From the NCBI GenBank assembly GCA_016210205.1, contig JACQUO010000023.1, positions 3,788-67,787 of the forward strand: 64,000 bases of DNA, written 5' to 3'. Of this stretch, positions 1 to 9,656 are shown piece by piece. Every line of letters begins with the position of its first letter. Within the stretch, counting starts at the first letter, position 1. This stretch comes from Chloroflexota bacterium. GTDB taxonomy: Bacteria; Chloroflexota; Dehalococcoidia; JACQUO01. Both the position numbers and the translations under genes were made by a program. Under the pieces are notes generated by a model. That model made no database searches. It was not told the origin of the DNA and saw only the letters and a list, made by a program, of their open reading frames with translations.

Positions 1-174
1 GACTCATGCTCCTCATCCGTCGCACCAGCGAGGCCCAGCTCCGCCAGCCCTAGGTCGTCCGGGGTAGGGGCGGCGCTGGTTACCACACGGCAAAACCTCG
101 TGGTTCTCCTTTGAAGAAGCGGGAGACTTGGTGTAGAATACCCCCACAATGCCCCAAAGTGCAAAAACGGTAAC

Positions 175-1611
175 TTGGTAGGGCCTATGGAAGATAAACC
201 CATCGCCCCAGCCCCCGGGGCCCAGGACTTCCTGGAGCAGGAGTGGGCGGGACTCCAGGGCCTCCGGCAAACGCTGGAGGCCTGCTTCCAGCGCCACGGC
301 TATCAGACGGTGGAGACGCCGGTGCTGGAGCACACCGACCTCTTCCTGCGCAAGTCCGGCGGCCAGCTGGCCTCCCAACTCTATGCCTTCACCGACCCGG
401 GCCAGAATCGCCTGAGCCTGCGCCCCGAATATACCGCCTCGGTCATCAGGGCCTTCATCGCCCACCGCCAGGCCGCGCCCCTGCCTCTGCGCTGGCAGTA
501 TGTGGGGCCGGTCTTCCGCTATCAGGCGGGGGAGGCCCTGCGCCAGTTCACCCAGGCGGGGGTGGAGCTCATCGGCGCGCCCGGCCCGCGGGCGGACGCC
601 GAGGTTCTGGCCCTGGCAGCCCAGGGAGTGCGGGCTACGGGCCTGGAGCAGTGCCAGCTGGTAGCAGGCCAGGTGGGGATTACCCTCTGGTGCCTGGGCG
701 AGCTGGGGCTTTCCGAGCGGCTCCGCCATGCCCTGGCGGGGCAGATGGCCCGGCTCCGCGAGGGTGTCAAGGGACAAGAAGCCCTGATGGAGCAGTTCCG
801 TGAGATGGGCCTGGTGGAAGCCCCGGGCGCCAACCTGGGGGAGGCCATGTCCCAGCTGGGGGAACGAGAGCAGGAGGCGCTCATTGAGGGCCTGCTGCGG
901 GAGACCAACGACGACTTTCGGGGGCGACGCAGCCGCGAGGAAATCATCTCGCGCTTTCGCGCCCGGCTCCGGGGGCGGGACCGCCTCGAGGTGGTGGAGC
1001 GCGGCCTGGAGTTCGCCTCGCGCTGGAGCGCGCTCTCCGGCCCGCCCACGGACATCTTGCGGCGCGCCGAGGCCCTGCTGGCGGAGTTCGGCCTGGAAGC
1101 CCGGGCCTTGACGGAGCTTAAGGAGCTGGTGGCCTTGCTGGACGAGGACGCCCTGGGGGGCGTTGACCTGGCTTTGGACTTCGGGCTGGCCCGGGGCCTG
1201 GCCTACTATACCGGCATCGTCTTTGAGGTGCGCCATGGCTTGGGCCCCAACGGCGGGCCCCTGGCCCGGGGCGGCCGCTACGACGGCCTGGTGCGCGCTC
1301 TAGGGGGCATTGATGTGCCGGCCCTGGGCTTCGCCTTCGGGCTGGAGCGCCTCCGGGATGCCCAAGAGGCGGAAGGGCTGGAGGCCGCCCCCAGCGGGGC
1401 GACGCCACAGGTCCTGGTGGCACCCGACTCCGCCGCGGCCTATCCCCACGCCCTGCGCCTGGCCCGCTCCCTGCGGGAGGACGGGGCGATAGTTCAAGTT
1501 GACATAAATATGCGCACCTCCATCGCCAACCGGGAATACGCCAAGCGGTGCGGCATCCCCCAGCTCATCATCGTGGACAAGAAGGGGAAGGCCCACCGGA
1601 GCGAGGTCTAG
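175..1611 (+). CDS. hisZ: HisRS-like paralog, probable ATP phosphoribosyltransferase regulatory subunit HisZ, retaining an anticodon-binding-like C-terminus
   Basis: Class II HisRS fold motifs are present (LRPEYTASVIRAF, GGRYDGL). Motif-2 arginines are degenerate (FRYQAGEALRQF instead of FRHERPQKGRYRQF). A C-terminal HGTP-anticodon-like domain is present. The gene is directly upstream of hisG. A true HisS cannot be excluded. Confidence 0.55.
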   Translation: MVGPMEDKPIAPAPGAQDFLEQEWAGLQGLRQTLEACFQRHGYQTVETPVLEHTDLFLRKSGGQLASQLYAFTDPGQNRLSLRPEYTASVIRAFIAHRQAAPLPLRWQYVGPVFRYQAGEALRQFTQAGVELIGAPGPRADAEVLALAAQGVRATGLEQCQLVAGQVGITLWCLGELGLSERLRHALAGQMARLREGVKGQEALMEQFREMGLVEAPGANLGEAMSQLGEREQEALIEGLLRETNDDFRGRRSREEIISRFRARLRGRDRLEVVERGLEFASRWSALSGPPTDILRRAEALLAEFGLEARALTELKELVALLDEDALGGVDLALDFGLARGLAYYTGIVFEVRHGLGPNGGPLARGGRYDGLVRALGGIDVPALGFAFGLERLRDAQEAEGLEAAPSGATPQVLVAPDSAAAYPHALRLARSLREDGAIVQVDINMRTSIANREYAKRCGIPQLIIVDKKGKAHRSEV

Positions 1612-1617
1612 CTATCT

Positions 1618-2643
1618 GTGAAAGATGTGAAGGATAAGGAAGGGCTGCGCCTGGCCCTCCCCACCAAGGGAGAGCTGGAGGAGCCTACCATGGGCTTCCT
1701 CCAGGCCTGCGGCCTCAAGGTGGAGCGACCCAGCGCCCGCCAGTATGCTGGCACCATCCCCAGCCTCCCCGGGCTGGGGGTGCTCTTCCTGCGCGCCGCC
1801 GACATCGCCGAGAAGGTGATTGAGGGCAGCGCCGACCTGGGCATCACGGGGCTGGACAGCGTCATGGAGTCCGCCCCGGAAGAGAGCCCGCTCACTATTG
1901 TTATGGAGGACCTGGGATACGGCTCCTGCGAGCTGGTCCTAGCCGCCCCCGACTCCTGGGTGGACATCTCCACCGTGGCCGACCTGGCGGACCTGGCGGT
2001 GGAGATGCGGGGCCAGGGCCGCGACTTGCGAGTGGCCACCAAATACCCCCGTCTCACCCGCCGCTTTCTCCTGGACAAAGGGCTTAACTACTTCACCCTG
2101 GTGGAGGCCAGCGGCGCCATGGAGGCCGCACCCGCGGCCGGGTATGCCGACATCATCTCTGACCTCACCTCCAGCGGCGTCACCCTGCGGGAAAATCGGC
2201 TCAAGCCCCTGGGCGGGGGCCGTATCCTGGCCTCGCAGGCCTGCCTCAGCGGAAACAAGGCCTGTCTGGGGGAATCACCTGCCAAGCGCGCCCTGGCCCG
2301 GGCCTTGCTGGAGCTGATGGAAGCCCATCTGGGGGCCGGCCACTACTTCAGCGTCACTGCCAACATCCGGGGCGACTCCCCCGAGGCGGTGGCGGCCCAC
2401 CTCCGGCGCCGTCCCGAGCTGGCGGGGCTTCAGGGCCCCACCGTCGCCCCGGTCTTCAGCCGCCGCGGCGATGGCAACACCTGGTATGAAGTCACCGTGA
2501 TTATCCCCAAAACGATGCTCACCGAGGCCGTGGACTACCTGCGCCTGATTGGGGGCAGCAGCATCGCCGTCGCCGCCCCCGCCTATGTCTTTGAGGCCGA
2601 ATGCCGGGCCTACCGCCGTCTCTTGCAGGAGCTGGGCCGGTGA
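1618..2643 (+). CDS. hisG: ATP phosphoribosyltransferase (long form with C-terminal regulatory domain)
   Basis: N-terminus LRLALPTKGEL...ACGL is typical of HisG. The C-terminal extension fits the long form. Located in the his operon. Confidence 0.85.
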   Translation: MKDVKDKEGLRLALPTKGELEEPTMGFLQACGLKVERPSARQYAGTIPSLPGLGVLFLRAADIAEKVIEGSADLGITGLDSVMESAPEESPLTIVMEDLGYGSCELVLAAPDSWVDISTVADLADLAVEMRGQGRDLRVATKYPRLTRRFLLDKGLNYFTLVEASGAMEAAPAAGYADIISDLTSSGVTLRENRLKPLGGGRILASQACLSGNKACLGESPAKRALARALLELMEAHLGAGHYFSVTANIRGDSPEAVAAHLRRRPELAGLQGPTVAPVFSRRGDGNTWYEVTVIIPKTMLTEAVDYLRLIGGSSIAVAAPAYVFEAECRAYRRLLQELGR

Positions 2644-3956
2644 GGCTTTTCCGCACCGCCTCCGCGGCCCGCCAGTCCCTCCTCCGGCGCCTCCCTCTGG
2701 AGGAGTGGCGGGTCCCTCCCGCCATGCGGCGTCGCCTGCGGGAGGTCTTCGGGCGAGGCGTCAGCCCCCAGGCCGCGGTGGAGCGCATCATCGCCCAGGT
2801 GCGCTCGCAAGGGGATAAGGCCCTTATTGAGCTGGCCCAGAAGCTCGACGGGGTGCGCCTCACCCGCCTGGAGGTGACCCGGGGCGAGATAGCCCTGGCC
2901 TACCGGGAGGTGGATGAGGGCTTGGTGGAAGCCCTGAAGCTGGCCGCCGGACGCATCCGTTCCTTCCACCAGGGCCGACTCCCCCAGTCGTGGGTGGACT
3001 TCACGGAAGGTGGGCTGGGCCAGCTGGTGCGCCCCCTGGACCGGGTGGGCCTCTATGTGCCGGGGGGCACGGCCGCCTATCCCTCCACGGTGCTCATGAC
3101 GGCCATCCCCGCCCGGGCCGCTGGTGTGGGCGAGGTCATCGTCGCCACCCCGCCGGGCCCCGCGGGAGTCGCCGTCCCCGCCGTGCTGGTGGCCGCGGAC
3201 CTGGCGGGCGTGAACCGCATCTTCAAGCTCGGGGGGGCGGCGGCCATCGCCGCCCTGGCCTATGGGACGGAATCGGTGCCTAAAGTGGACAAAATCTGCG
3301 GGCCTGGTAATATCTTCGTGGCCCTGGCCAAGAAGCAGGTCTTCGGCGCCGTGGGGGTGGATGGACTCTACGGCCCCACGGAAACCGTCATCCTGGCCGA
3401 TGGGGCTGCCGACCCGGCCCGGGTGGCCGCCGGCCTCTTGGCCCAGGCGGAGCACGACGAACTGGCCTCGGCCATCCTCATGACGCCGTCTCTGACCCTG
3501 GCCCGCAAGGTGAATAGGGAAGTTGCGGCCCAACTCCGCACTCTGGAACGGCGGGAGACCGCCGCCCGTTCCCTGCGCCGCCGGGGCGGCATCGTCATCC
3601 TCCGCGACCTGGACGAAGGGGTAGAGTTGGTCAACGAGTATGCCCCAGAGCATCTGGAGCTCCTCTGCGCCGACCCCTGGCCCCTGGTGGGTCAGATAAG
3701 GCACGCCGGCGGCATCTTCGTGGGCACGCCCGAGGCCCTGGGCGACTATGTGGCTGGCCCCAGCCATGTCATGCCCACGGTCGGCAGCGCCCGCTGGGCC
3801 GGGGCCTTGACCGCCGCCGACTTCCTCAAGGTCACCAGCCTGGTGGCCCTGGGGCGGGAGACGGCCCGCGCCCTGGCCCCCGCCGCCGCGGCCTTGGCCC
3901 GCGCCGAGGGGCTGACTGCCCACGCCCGGGCGGCGGAGAAAGCCGCCGCGTCGTAA
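2640..3956 (+). CDS. hisD: histidinol dehydrogenase
   Basis: Conserved HisD segments are present (GLYVPGGTAAYPSTVLM, ICGPGNIFVA, AQAEHDELA). A GTG start overlaps the hisG stop (GTGA). The true start could instead be the internal Met near 2724. Confidence 0.85.
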   Translation: MRLFRTASAARQSLLRRLPLEEWRVPPAMRRRLREVFGRGVSPQAAVERIIAQVRSQGDKALIELAQKLDGVRLTRLEVTRGEIALAYREVDEGLVEALKLAAGRIRSFHQGRLPQSWVDFTEGGLGQLVRPLDRVGLYVPGGTAAYPSTVLMTAIPARAAGVGEVIVATPPGPAGVAVPAVLVAADLAGVNRIFKLGGAAAIAALAYGTESVPKVDKICGPGNIFVALAKKQVFGAVGVDGLYGPTETVILADGAADPARVAAGLLAQAEHDELASAILMTPSLTLARKVNREVAAQLRTLERRETAARSLRRRGGIVILRDLDEGVELVNEYAPEHLELLCADPWPLVGQIRHAGGIFVGTPEALGDYVAGPSHVMPTVGSARWAGALTAADFLKVTSLVALGRETARALAPAAAALARAEGLTAHARAAEKAAAS

Positions 3957-4010
3957 CAGGTTTCGTCAAATCGGCCAACGGCTAAGGATTCTCTAAGGGG
4001 AAAAGACGAC

Positions 4011-5168
4011 ATGGAGCAAACCGTCGCCGCCACCAGCGACAAGCCCCAGGACCAGCAGCCCTCGCCCTACATCAAATTCGTGCGCCCCCATCTCCTGGGG
4101 CTGGCGCCCTATGTCGGCGTGGAGCCGCCCGAGGAGCTGGCCCGCAAGGCCGGCCTCCCCGTGGAGCGCATCGTCAAGCTCAACGCCAACGAGAACCCCT
4201 ACGGCCCCTCCCCTAAGGTGGCCCGGGGGTTGGTCGCGGGCAGCAACTATCACATCTACCCCGACCCCGAGCAGCGGGTGGCCCGCCAGGCCCTGGCCGA
4301 GTACGCCGGCACCGATGTGGGGCCGGAGCACATCGTGGTGGGGGCCGGCTCCGACGAGCTCATCGACCTCCTCCTGCGCCTCTTCGTGGGCCCGGGGGAC
4401 ATGGTGGTGGATTGCCCTCCCACCTTCGGCTACTACGCCTTCGCCATCGGGGTGGCCGGGGGCAAGGTGGTGGAAGCCCCCCGGGATGCGGAATTCAACC
4501 TCGACCTGGAAGCCTTCAAGGAGGCGGTGGCCGCCGGAGCCAAGCTGGCTTTCGTGGCCTCCCCCAACAACCCCACGGGCAATGTGCTCTACAAAGACCA
4601 GGTGGAGAAGCTCCTGGAGACGGGCATCATCGTGGTCATGGACGAGGCCTACTACGAGTTCTGCGGCGTCACCATGGTGCACCTCATGCCCAAGCACGAC
4701 AACCTGGTGGTGCTGCGCTCCTTCTCCAAGTGGGCAGGCCTGGCGGGCCTGCGCCTGGGCTACGGCTGCTTCCCCGTCTGGATGGCGGAGCTCATCCGCA
4801 AGATAAAGCCCCCTTACAGCCTCAACGCCGCCGCGCAAGTCGCCCTGCTGGAGTCCCTGGCCGACCGGGAGCACCTCAAGGGCACCGTCCGGGCCATCGT
4901 TGCGGAGCAAGAGCGCCTCATGGCCGCCCTGAAGGAGCTGCCCTTCCTCAAAGTCTATCCCTCCCAGGCCAACTTCATCCTGTGTGCCGTCAAAGATGGG
5001 GAGGCCCTCTCCCTGGTGCAGAGCCTGGAGAAGAAGGGGATTTACCTGCGCTATTACGATACCCCGCGCCTCAAGGACAGCTTCCGCATCTCCGTGGGCA
5101 AGCCCGAGGACAGCGAGACCCTGCTCAAGGCCCTGCGGGACTGGGGCCGGGTGAAAGGGACGCTGTGA
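4011..5168 (+). CDS. hisC: histidinol-phosphate aminotransferase
   Basis: Class II aminotransferase with [11 protein letters not shown] and a PLP-lysine region ([15 protein letters not shown]). Operon context. Confidence 0.85.
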   Translation: MEQTVAATSDKPQDQQPSPYIKFVRPHLLGLAPYVGVEPPEELARKAGLPVERIVKLNANENPYGPSPKVARGLVAGSNYHIYPDPEQRVARQALAEYAGTDVGPEHIVVGAGSDELIDLLLRLFVGPGDMVVDCPPTFGYYAFAIGVAGGKVVEAPRDAEFNLDLEAFKEAVAAGAKLAFVASPNNPTGNVLYKDQVEKLLETGIIVVMDEAYYEFCGVTMVHLMPKHDNLVVLRSFSKWAGLAGLRLGYGCFPVWMAELIRKIKPPYSLNAAAQVALLESLADREHLKGTVRAIVAEQERLMAALKELPFLKVYPSQANFILCAVKDGEALSLVQSLEKKGIYLRYYDTPRLKDSFRISVGKPEDSETLLKALRDWGRVKGTL

Positions 5169-5776
5169 CCGCCCGACGCCGCGCCCGCCTGGGGCGGGTG
5201 ACCCGGGAGACGGGGGAGACCCACATCAAGGTAGAGCTGGCCCTGGACGGCTCCGGGAAGGCCCGCGTCAAGACCGGACTGCGGATGCTTGACCACCTCC
5301 TGGAGCAGGTGGCTAAGCACGGCCGCTTCGACCTAGCCGTCGAGGCCACGGGCGACCTGGCCCTGGATGAGCACCACACCGTGGAGGATGTGGGCCTCGC
5401 CCTGGGGAAGGCCCTGGCCGAGGCCCTGGGGGAGCGCCGGGGCATCGTGCGCATGGGGGACGCCACCGTGCCCATGGACGAGGCCCTAGCCCTGGTAGCC
5501 GTGGATTTGAGCGGCCGCGGCTACTATGTGGGGGAGCTGCCCTTCAAGGATAAGAGCATCGGCGGGCTGCCCGCGGACCTCATCGGCCACTTCCTGGAGT
5601 CCTTCGCCCGGGAGGGCCGCCTCAACCTCCAGGCGCGCATCCTGGCGGGGAGCAACGACCATCACCAGGCGGAGGCCGTCTTCAAGGCCCTGGGCCGCGC
5701 CCTGGATGCGGCCACCCGCCCCGACCCTCGCCTGGGCGGGGAGGTTCCCTCCACCAAGGGCACCATCGACACTTAG
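5165..5776 (+). CDS. hisB: imidazoleglycerol-phosphate dehydratase
   Basis: The C-terminal 204 aa of the long frame-2 ORF match IGPD ([12 protein letters not shown]..., [28 protein letters not shown]). A GTG start overlaps the hisC stop. Confidence 0.85.
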   Translation: MTARRRARLGRVTRETGETHIKVELALDGSGKARVKTGLRMLDHLLEQVAKHGRFDLAVEATGDLALDEHHTVEDVGLALGKALAEALGERRGIVRMGDATVPMDEALALVAVDLSGRGYYVGELPFKDKSIGGLPADLIGHFLESFAREGRLNLQARILAGSNDHHQAEAVFKALGRALDAATRPDPRLGGEVPSTKGTIDT

Positions 5777-5848
5777 GGGGGGGCCAGGGGGCTGGACTTC
5801 TGTCTCTCTGCCCTCCGCCTCATCGGGCATCGATTGCCGGCCCGTGTG

Positions 5849-5950
5849 GATGCAGGGCTGCGCCCTGCCGGGGGCTGGGGGTGTCCCCCAGGCCCTTTTT
5901 CGCTTCCCCCTCTCCTGGCAGGAGAGGGGGATACAGGGGGTGAGGTGCCC
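5849..5950. repeat. GC-rich palindromic intergenic repeat, copy A (CTGGGGGTGTCCCCC ... CCCCTCTCC-N-GGAGAGGGG)
   Basis: Shares a ~100-bp multi-hairpin consensus with copies at 18541-18600, 23581-23710, 24965-25074 and 25990-26098. Confidence 0.6.
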
Positions 5951-6199
5951 CTAACCCTCCACCACCTCGAAGCGGTAGTCCTCAATCACGGGGTTGGACA
6001 GGAGCTTCTGGCACATCTCCCGCACCCGGGCCTCGGCGGCGGCCTGGTCCCGCTCCTCCAGGCGCACCTCCAGGTATTTGCCCGCCCGCACCGAGGCCAC
6101 GGAGGTGAACCCCAGCGTCTGGAGGCCGCCCCGGATGGTCAACCCCTGGGGGTCGTTCACCGCCGGCTTCAGCGTCACATAAATTCGAGCTAGGAACAT
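5951..6199 (-). CDS. purS: phosphoribosylformylglycinamidine synthase subunit PurS
   Basis: 82 aa. The sequence MFLARIYVTLKPAVNDPQGLTI...YRFEVVE is characteristic of PurS. Confidence 0.85.
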   Translation of the reverse strand: MFLARIYVTLKPAVNDPQGLTIRGGLQTLGFTSVASVRAGKYLEVRLEERDQAAAEARVREMCQKLLSNPVIEDYRFEVVEG

Positions 6200-6244
6200 G
6201 CGATTGCTCCCGTGGTTTTAGTTGTGGTAGCTTTTTTGATTACT

Positions 6245-6685
6245 TTATTCTTTTGGAGCCAAGAGTTCAAAATCATCTGGCTTGAGTTCAGTCTTTCGCA
6301 AGGGTTTCCTTCCAATCAAGTCTGAGCGTATAGATAACAAGAATTCGCCAGCGGCTTTTCCTCTTTCGTCCTCCTTATATGTGGTACCCTCACGCACTGT
6401 GGCAAGAAAATGGTAAGCTTTGCGGATTACTTCGTCTGGGCAATACATCCAGCACAAATTTAATTGATGAAGAAAATTCGCTCTCATTTGCTTGCTCGTT
6501 TGCGAATCCGCTTTCATGAGAGCCACTGTAAACCCTTGGAGGCTTGCTATCAATTCCGAATATCTTTGCTCCTTGCGCTTGTATTCTTCATCCAGTCGCT
6601 TGCTTCTCTCATTCAAGTACCAAACGCTTAATCCGACAACGGCTGTAAGAATCGCGCCAGCAAGAGGCCACAATGTTGTGTCCAC
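6245..6685 (-). CDS. hypothetical membrane-anchored protein (single N-terminal TM helix), low GC
   Basis: 146-aa ORF sitting in a ~45% GC patch inside an otherwise ~68% GC purC-purS operon. It has an N-terminal hydrophobic helix followed by a charged soluble domain. No recognisable family. Confidence 0.5.
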   Translation of the reverse strand: MDTTLWPLAGAILTAVVGLSVWYLNERSKRLDEEYKRKEQRYSELIASLQGFTVALMKADSQTSKQMRANFLHQLNLCWMYCPDEVIRKAYHFLATVREGTTYKEDERGKAAGEFLLSIRSDLIGRKPLRKTELKPDDFELLAPKE

Positions 6686-6709
6686 AGAAGTTCATTAAGG
6701 TTCCTTTCT

Positions 6710-7660
6710 TCACCCCAGCCCCTGCCCCGTCAGCCGGCGATACACCTCCCGGTAGCGGGCGGAGGTCTGCGCCACCACCTCCGGCGGCAGGGGGGGCGCC
6801 GGCGGCTCCCGGTCCCAGCCCGAGGCCACCAGCCAGTCCCGCACCGGCTGCTTGTCGTAGGAGGGCTGGGAGCGCCCCGGCGCATAGGCCGCCGCCTCCC
6901 AGAAGCGGGAGGAGTCCGGCGTCAGCAGCTCGTCGATGACCGCCATCTCCCCCCCGATGCGCCCGAACTCCAGCTTGGTGTCGGCGATGATGATGCCCTG
7001 CTTCAGGGCGTACTCGTGGGCGTAGGCGTAGAGGCCCAGGCTTTTCGCCTCCAGGGCGTGCGCCGTCGCCTCTCCCACCAGGCCCACAAGCTCCGCCGGG
7101 GTGATAGGCTGGTCGTGGCCGCTGTCGGCCTTGGTGGTGGGAGTGAAGAGGGGCTGGGGCAGCCGCTGGCTCTCCCGCAGCCCCGGCGGCAGGGCCTGGC
7201 CGGACACCGAGCCGCGCTTCCGGTACTCCTCCCAGGCGGAGCCGGCTAAATACCCTCGCACCACGCACTCCACCTCGATGCGCTCGGCCCGGCGCGCCAC
7301 CATGGCCCGGCCCGCCAGCAGCCCCAGCTTCCGCGGACTCAGGCCCGCCGCCGACAGGGCCTCAGCGCGGGCAGCCAGCCAGTCCCGGTCCACCAGGGCC
7401 ACGAAATGATTGGGCATCAGATGGGCTGTCCGCTGGAACCAGAAGGCGGAGAGCTGGGTGAGCACCCCGCCCTTGTGGGGGATGCCCGTGGGCAGGACGG
7501 CGTCGAAGGCGGAGATGCGGTCCGTGGCCACCATGAGGAGCAGGGGCGGGCCGGCGTCCGCGGGCAGCCACCGGCCCAGGTCGTAGATGTCCCGCACCTT
7601 GCCCCGATAGAAGAGGTGGGGCAGGTGGGTGTCCAGGAGGACGGGGGGGCTCGCCGTCAT
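6710..7660 (-). CDS. purC: phosphoribosylaminoimidazole-succinocarboxamide synthase (SAICAR synthetase)
   Basis: The sequence YRGKVRDIYDLG...MVATDRISAFD is typical of PurC. The 29-codon upstream extension in the ORF track is rejected; the likely start is the ATG at 7660. Confidence 0.85.
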   Translation of the reverse strand: MTASPPVLLDTHLPHLFYRGKVRDIYDLGRWLPADAGPPLLLMVATDRISAFDAVLPTGIPHKGGVLTQLSAFWFQRTAHLMPNHFVALVDRDWLAARAEALSAAGLSPRKLGLLAGRAMVARRAERIEVECVVRGYLAGSAWEEYRKRGSVSGQALPPGLRESQRLPQPLFTPTTKADSGHDQPITPAELVGLVGEATAHALEAKSLGLYAYAHEYALKQGIIIADTKLEFGRIGGEMAVIDELLTPDSSRFWEAAAYAPGRSQPSYDKQPVRDWLVASGWDREPPAPPLPPEVVAQTSARYREVYRRLTGQGLG

Positions 7661-7667
7661 GACCTCT

Positions 7668-8285
7668 TCATAGTGCCATGAGGCTCCACTCGCCGGGCCG
7701 CACCTGAACCATGAGGCGCAGGCCCGAGGCCGCCGTGGGGATGTCATAGACCACCCGCATCCGTTTGGTGCTGCTGGCTGCTATCCTCACCGCACCCGTA
7801 AAATAGGAGGGGGCCTCCTCTTTGCCGGGGAAGAAAACTTTATCGATGACGGGGCGATAGCTGTTTCCAGAGGAGTCCTCCAGGAGCACGTCGGCATCCA
7901 CCACGACCCTATCGGCCGTGCCGGGGTTGTCGATGGTCAGGGTGAGGACGGCGTAGTCACCCCGGTTGGGGGAGACGCTTCTCTGGCTGCCGCCGCTCTC
8001 TTCGAGGAGCGAGCCAACCCGGGTGGTGTTATTCACAGTCACCTGGATGGCCTTGGCCGCTGGAGTCGGCGCCACCGTAGCCGCCGCGGCGGGGACGGGA
8101 GTGGAGGTGGCCGCCGGAACAGGTGTGGGCGTGGTGATGGGGGCCGTAGTGGGCATAGGATAGGGGGTGTAGGTCGGATAGGGCGTGTAGGTGGGGTAGG
8201 GAGTGGGAGTGGGCTGGCTCCCGATGCTAAAATTGCAGCCCGCCAGCAGCAAGGGCATCCCCAGGGCCCAGGCCAGCCATCTCAT
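7668..8285 (-). CDS. lipoprotein with Pro/Thr-rich linker (DUF4352-like C-terminal domain)
   Basis: Signal peptide with a lipobox (LLAGC). A PYPTYTPYPTYTPYP repeat linker is followed by a beta-rich domain. Confidence 0.6.
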   Translation of the reverse strand: MRWLAWALGMPLLLAGCNFSIGSQPTPTPYPTYTPYPTYTPYPMPTTAPITTPTPVPAATSTPVPAAAATVAPTPAAKAIQVTVNNTTRVGSLLEESGGSQRSVSPNRGDYAVLTLTIDNPGTADRVVVDADVLLEDSSGNSYRPVIDKVFFPGKEEAPSYFTGAVRIAASSTKRMRVVYDIPTAASGLRLMVQVRPGEWSLMAL

Positions 8286-9643
8286 AGCGTCTTTCTATTA
8301 CCTTTCCGCGCGGCCCTGTTCGGACGCGCCTTTGCCTTTGTCGGGGCCTTCTCTTCCAGCCCCAGGCGGCGGAAGGCCTCTCGGCTATATCTTAGGTAGA
8401 ACCCGTAATCGAAAAGCGCCTCCAGCTCTGATTTAGCCAGGTGGGCAGCAATCTCCCGGTCGGACTTGAGTAGCTCCCGGAAGTCCAGGCCCTCCCGCCA
8501 CGAACGCATGGCGCCCCGCTGCACCAGACCATAGGCCTCCTGGCGGGACAGCCCCTTGTCGATGAGGGCCAAAAGCGCCCGCTGGGAGAAGACCAGCCCC
8601 CGGGTCAGTTCCAGATTCTGGCGCATCCGCTCCCGGTTCACCCGGAGGCCCCGGATGACGAAGGACAGGGTAGCCAGCATGTAGTCCAGGGCCAGGCAGG
8701 AGTCGGGCAGGATGATGCGCTCCGCCGACGAGTGCGATATGTCCCGCTCGTGCCACAGGGCCACATTCTCCATGGCGGTGAGGGCATAGCCCCGCATCAG
8801 GCGGGCCAGGCCGCAGAGCCGCTCGGAGAGCTCCGGGTTGCGCTTGTGGGGCATGGCCGAGGAGCCGGTCTGCCCCTCGGCGAAGGGCTCCTCCACCTCG
8901 GCCACCTCGGTGCGCTGGAGGTTGCGTATCTCCGTGGCGAACTTCTCGAGGGACGAGGCGATGAGGGCCAGGGTGGTGACGAACTGGGCGTGGCGGTCCC
9001 GGGGCACAATCTGTGAGGAGACGGGGGCCGGCTCTAGCCCCAGCCGGGCGCAGGCCCGCTCCTCCACCTCCGGGGGCACGGTGGCGTAGGTTCCCACGGC
9101 CCCGGATATCTTCCCCACGGCGATGGCTTTTCGCGCTGCGGCCAGGCTCTGGGCATGGCGGCGCAGCTCCTCCACCCACAGGGCCAGCTTGAGGCCAAAG
9201 GTGGTGGGCTCGGCGTGCATGCCGTGGGTGCGCCCCATCATAATCGTATCCCGGTGCTCCACGGCCCGGGCCTCCAGGGCCTGGAGTAGCGAGGCCAGCT
9301 CCTGGGCCAGGAGGTCGGCGGCCTCGGCCATCTGGAGGGCCAGGGCCGTGTCCATGACATCGGAGGAGGTGAGGCCCAAGTGGATGAAGCGGCTCTCCTG
9401 GCCCAGGCTCTCCGCCACCGCCTCCAGGAAGGCGGTCATGTCGTGACGGGTGCGCGCCAGGATTTGCCCCATGCGGGCGTGGTCGAGCTTGGCGCGGCGC
9501 AGCCTGGGCAGGGCCGATTTGGGGATTTGGCCCAGCTCGGCCCAGGCCTCGCAGACGGCCAACTCCACCTGGAGCCACCGGGCGAACTTGTTCTCTTCAG
9601 ACCAGACCCGCTTCATGGCGGGCCGGGAGTAGCGCTCAATCAC
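8282..9643 (-). CDS. purB: adenylosuccinate lyase
   Basis: The N-terminus [20 protein letters not shown]..., [13 protein letters not shown] and a fumarate-lyase signature are present. The likely GTG start is 23 codons downstream of the ORF-track start. Confidence 0.85.
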   Translation of the reverse strand: MIERYSRPAMKRVWSEENKFARWLQVELAVCEAWAELGQIPKSALPRLRRAKLDHARMGQILARTRHDMTAFLEAVAESLGQESRFIHLGLTSSDVMDTALALQMAEAADLLAQELASLLQALEARAVEHRDTIMMGRTHGMHAEPTTFGLKLALWVEELRRHAQSLAAARKAIAVGKISGAVGTYATVPPEVEERACARLGLEPAPVSSQIVPRDRHAQFVTTLALIASSLEKFATEIRNLQRTEVAEVEEPFAEGQTGSSAMPHKRNPELSERLCGLARLMRGYALTAMENVALWHERDISHSSAERIILPDSCLALDYMLATLSFVIRGLRVNRERMRQNLELTRGLVFSQRALLALIDKGLSRQEAYGLVQRGAMRSWREGLDFRELLKSDREIAAHLAKSELEALFDYGFYLRYSREAFRRLGLEEKAPTKAKARPNRAARKGNRKTL

Positions 9644-9656
9644 CTGATTAGCCCTC

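Noticed and set aside
13-1236. 407-aa ORF on the minus strand across the start of the window
   Set aside because: It is entirely antisense to the HisRS-like gene, whose homology is clear. The frame stays open through high GC content and the ORF has no RBS or family match.
2610-3923. 437-aa minus-strand ORF and nested 97/73/88-aa ORFs
   Set aside because: They are antisense or alternate frames of hisD. Their Gly/Arg/Pro-rich low-complexity translations are typical of GC-rich shadow ORFs.
3993-4910. 305-aa minus-strand ORF and 231-aa +2 ORF over hisC
   Set aside because: They are shadow frames of hisC.
4412-5776. 454-aa plus-strand ORF
   Set aside because: Only the last 204 codons (hisB, from the GTG at 5165) are real. 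The upstream part is an out-of-frame overlap of hisC.
6710-7747. 345-aa purC ORF with a 29-codon N-terminal extension
   Set aside because: The extension (MTSPRRPRACASWF...) has no homology and overlaps the upstream lipoprotein gene. The start is trimmed to the ATG at 7660.
8433-9578. 381-aa minus-strand ORF (plus the 7966..8163, 8732..9016 and 9380..9853 plus-strand ORFs)
   Set aside because: They are alternate or antisense frames of purB and the lipoprotein, with Gly/Pro/Arg-rich compositional artefacts.
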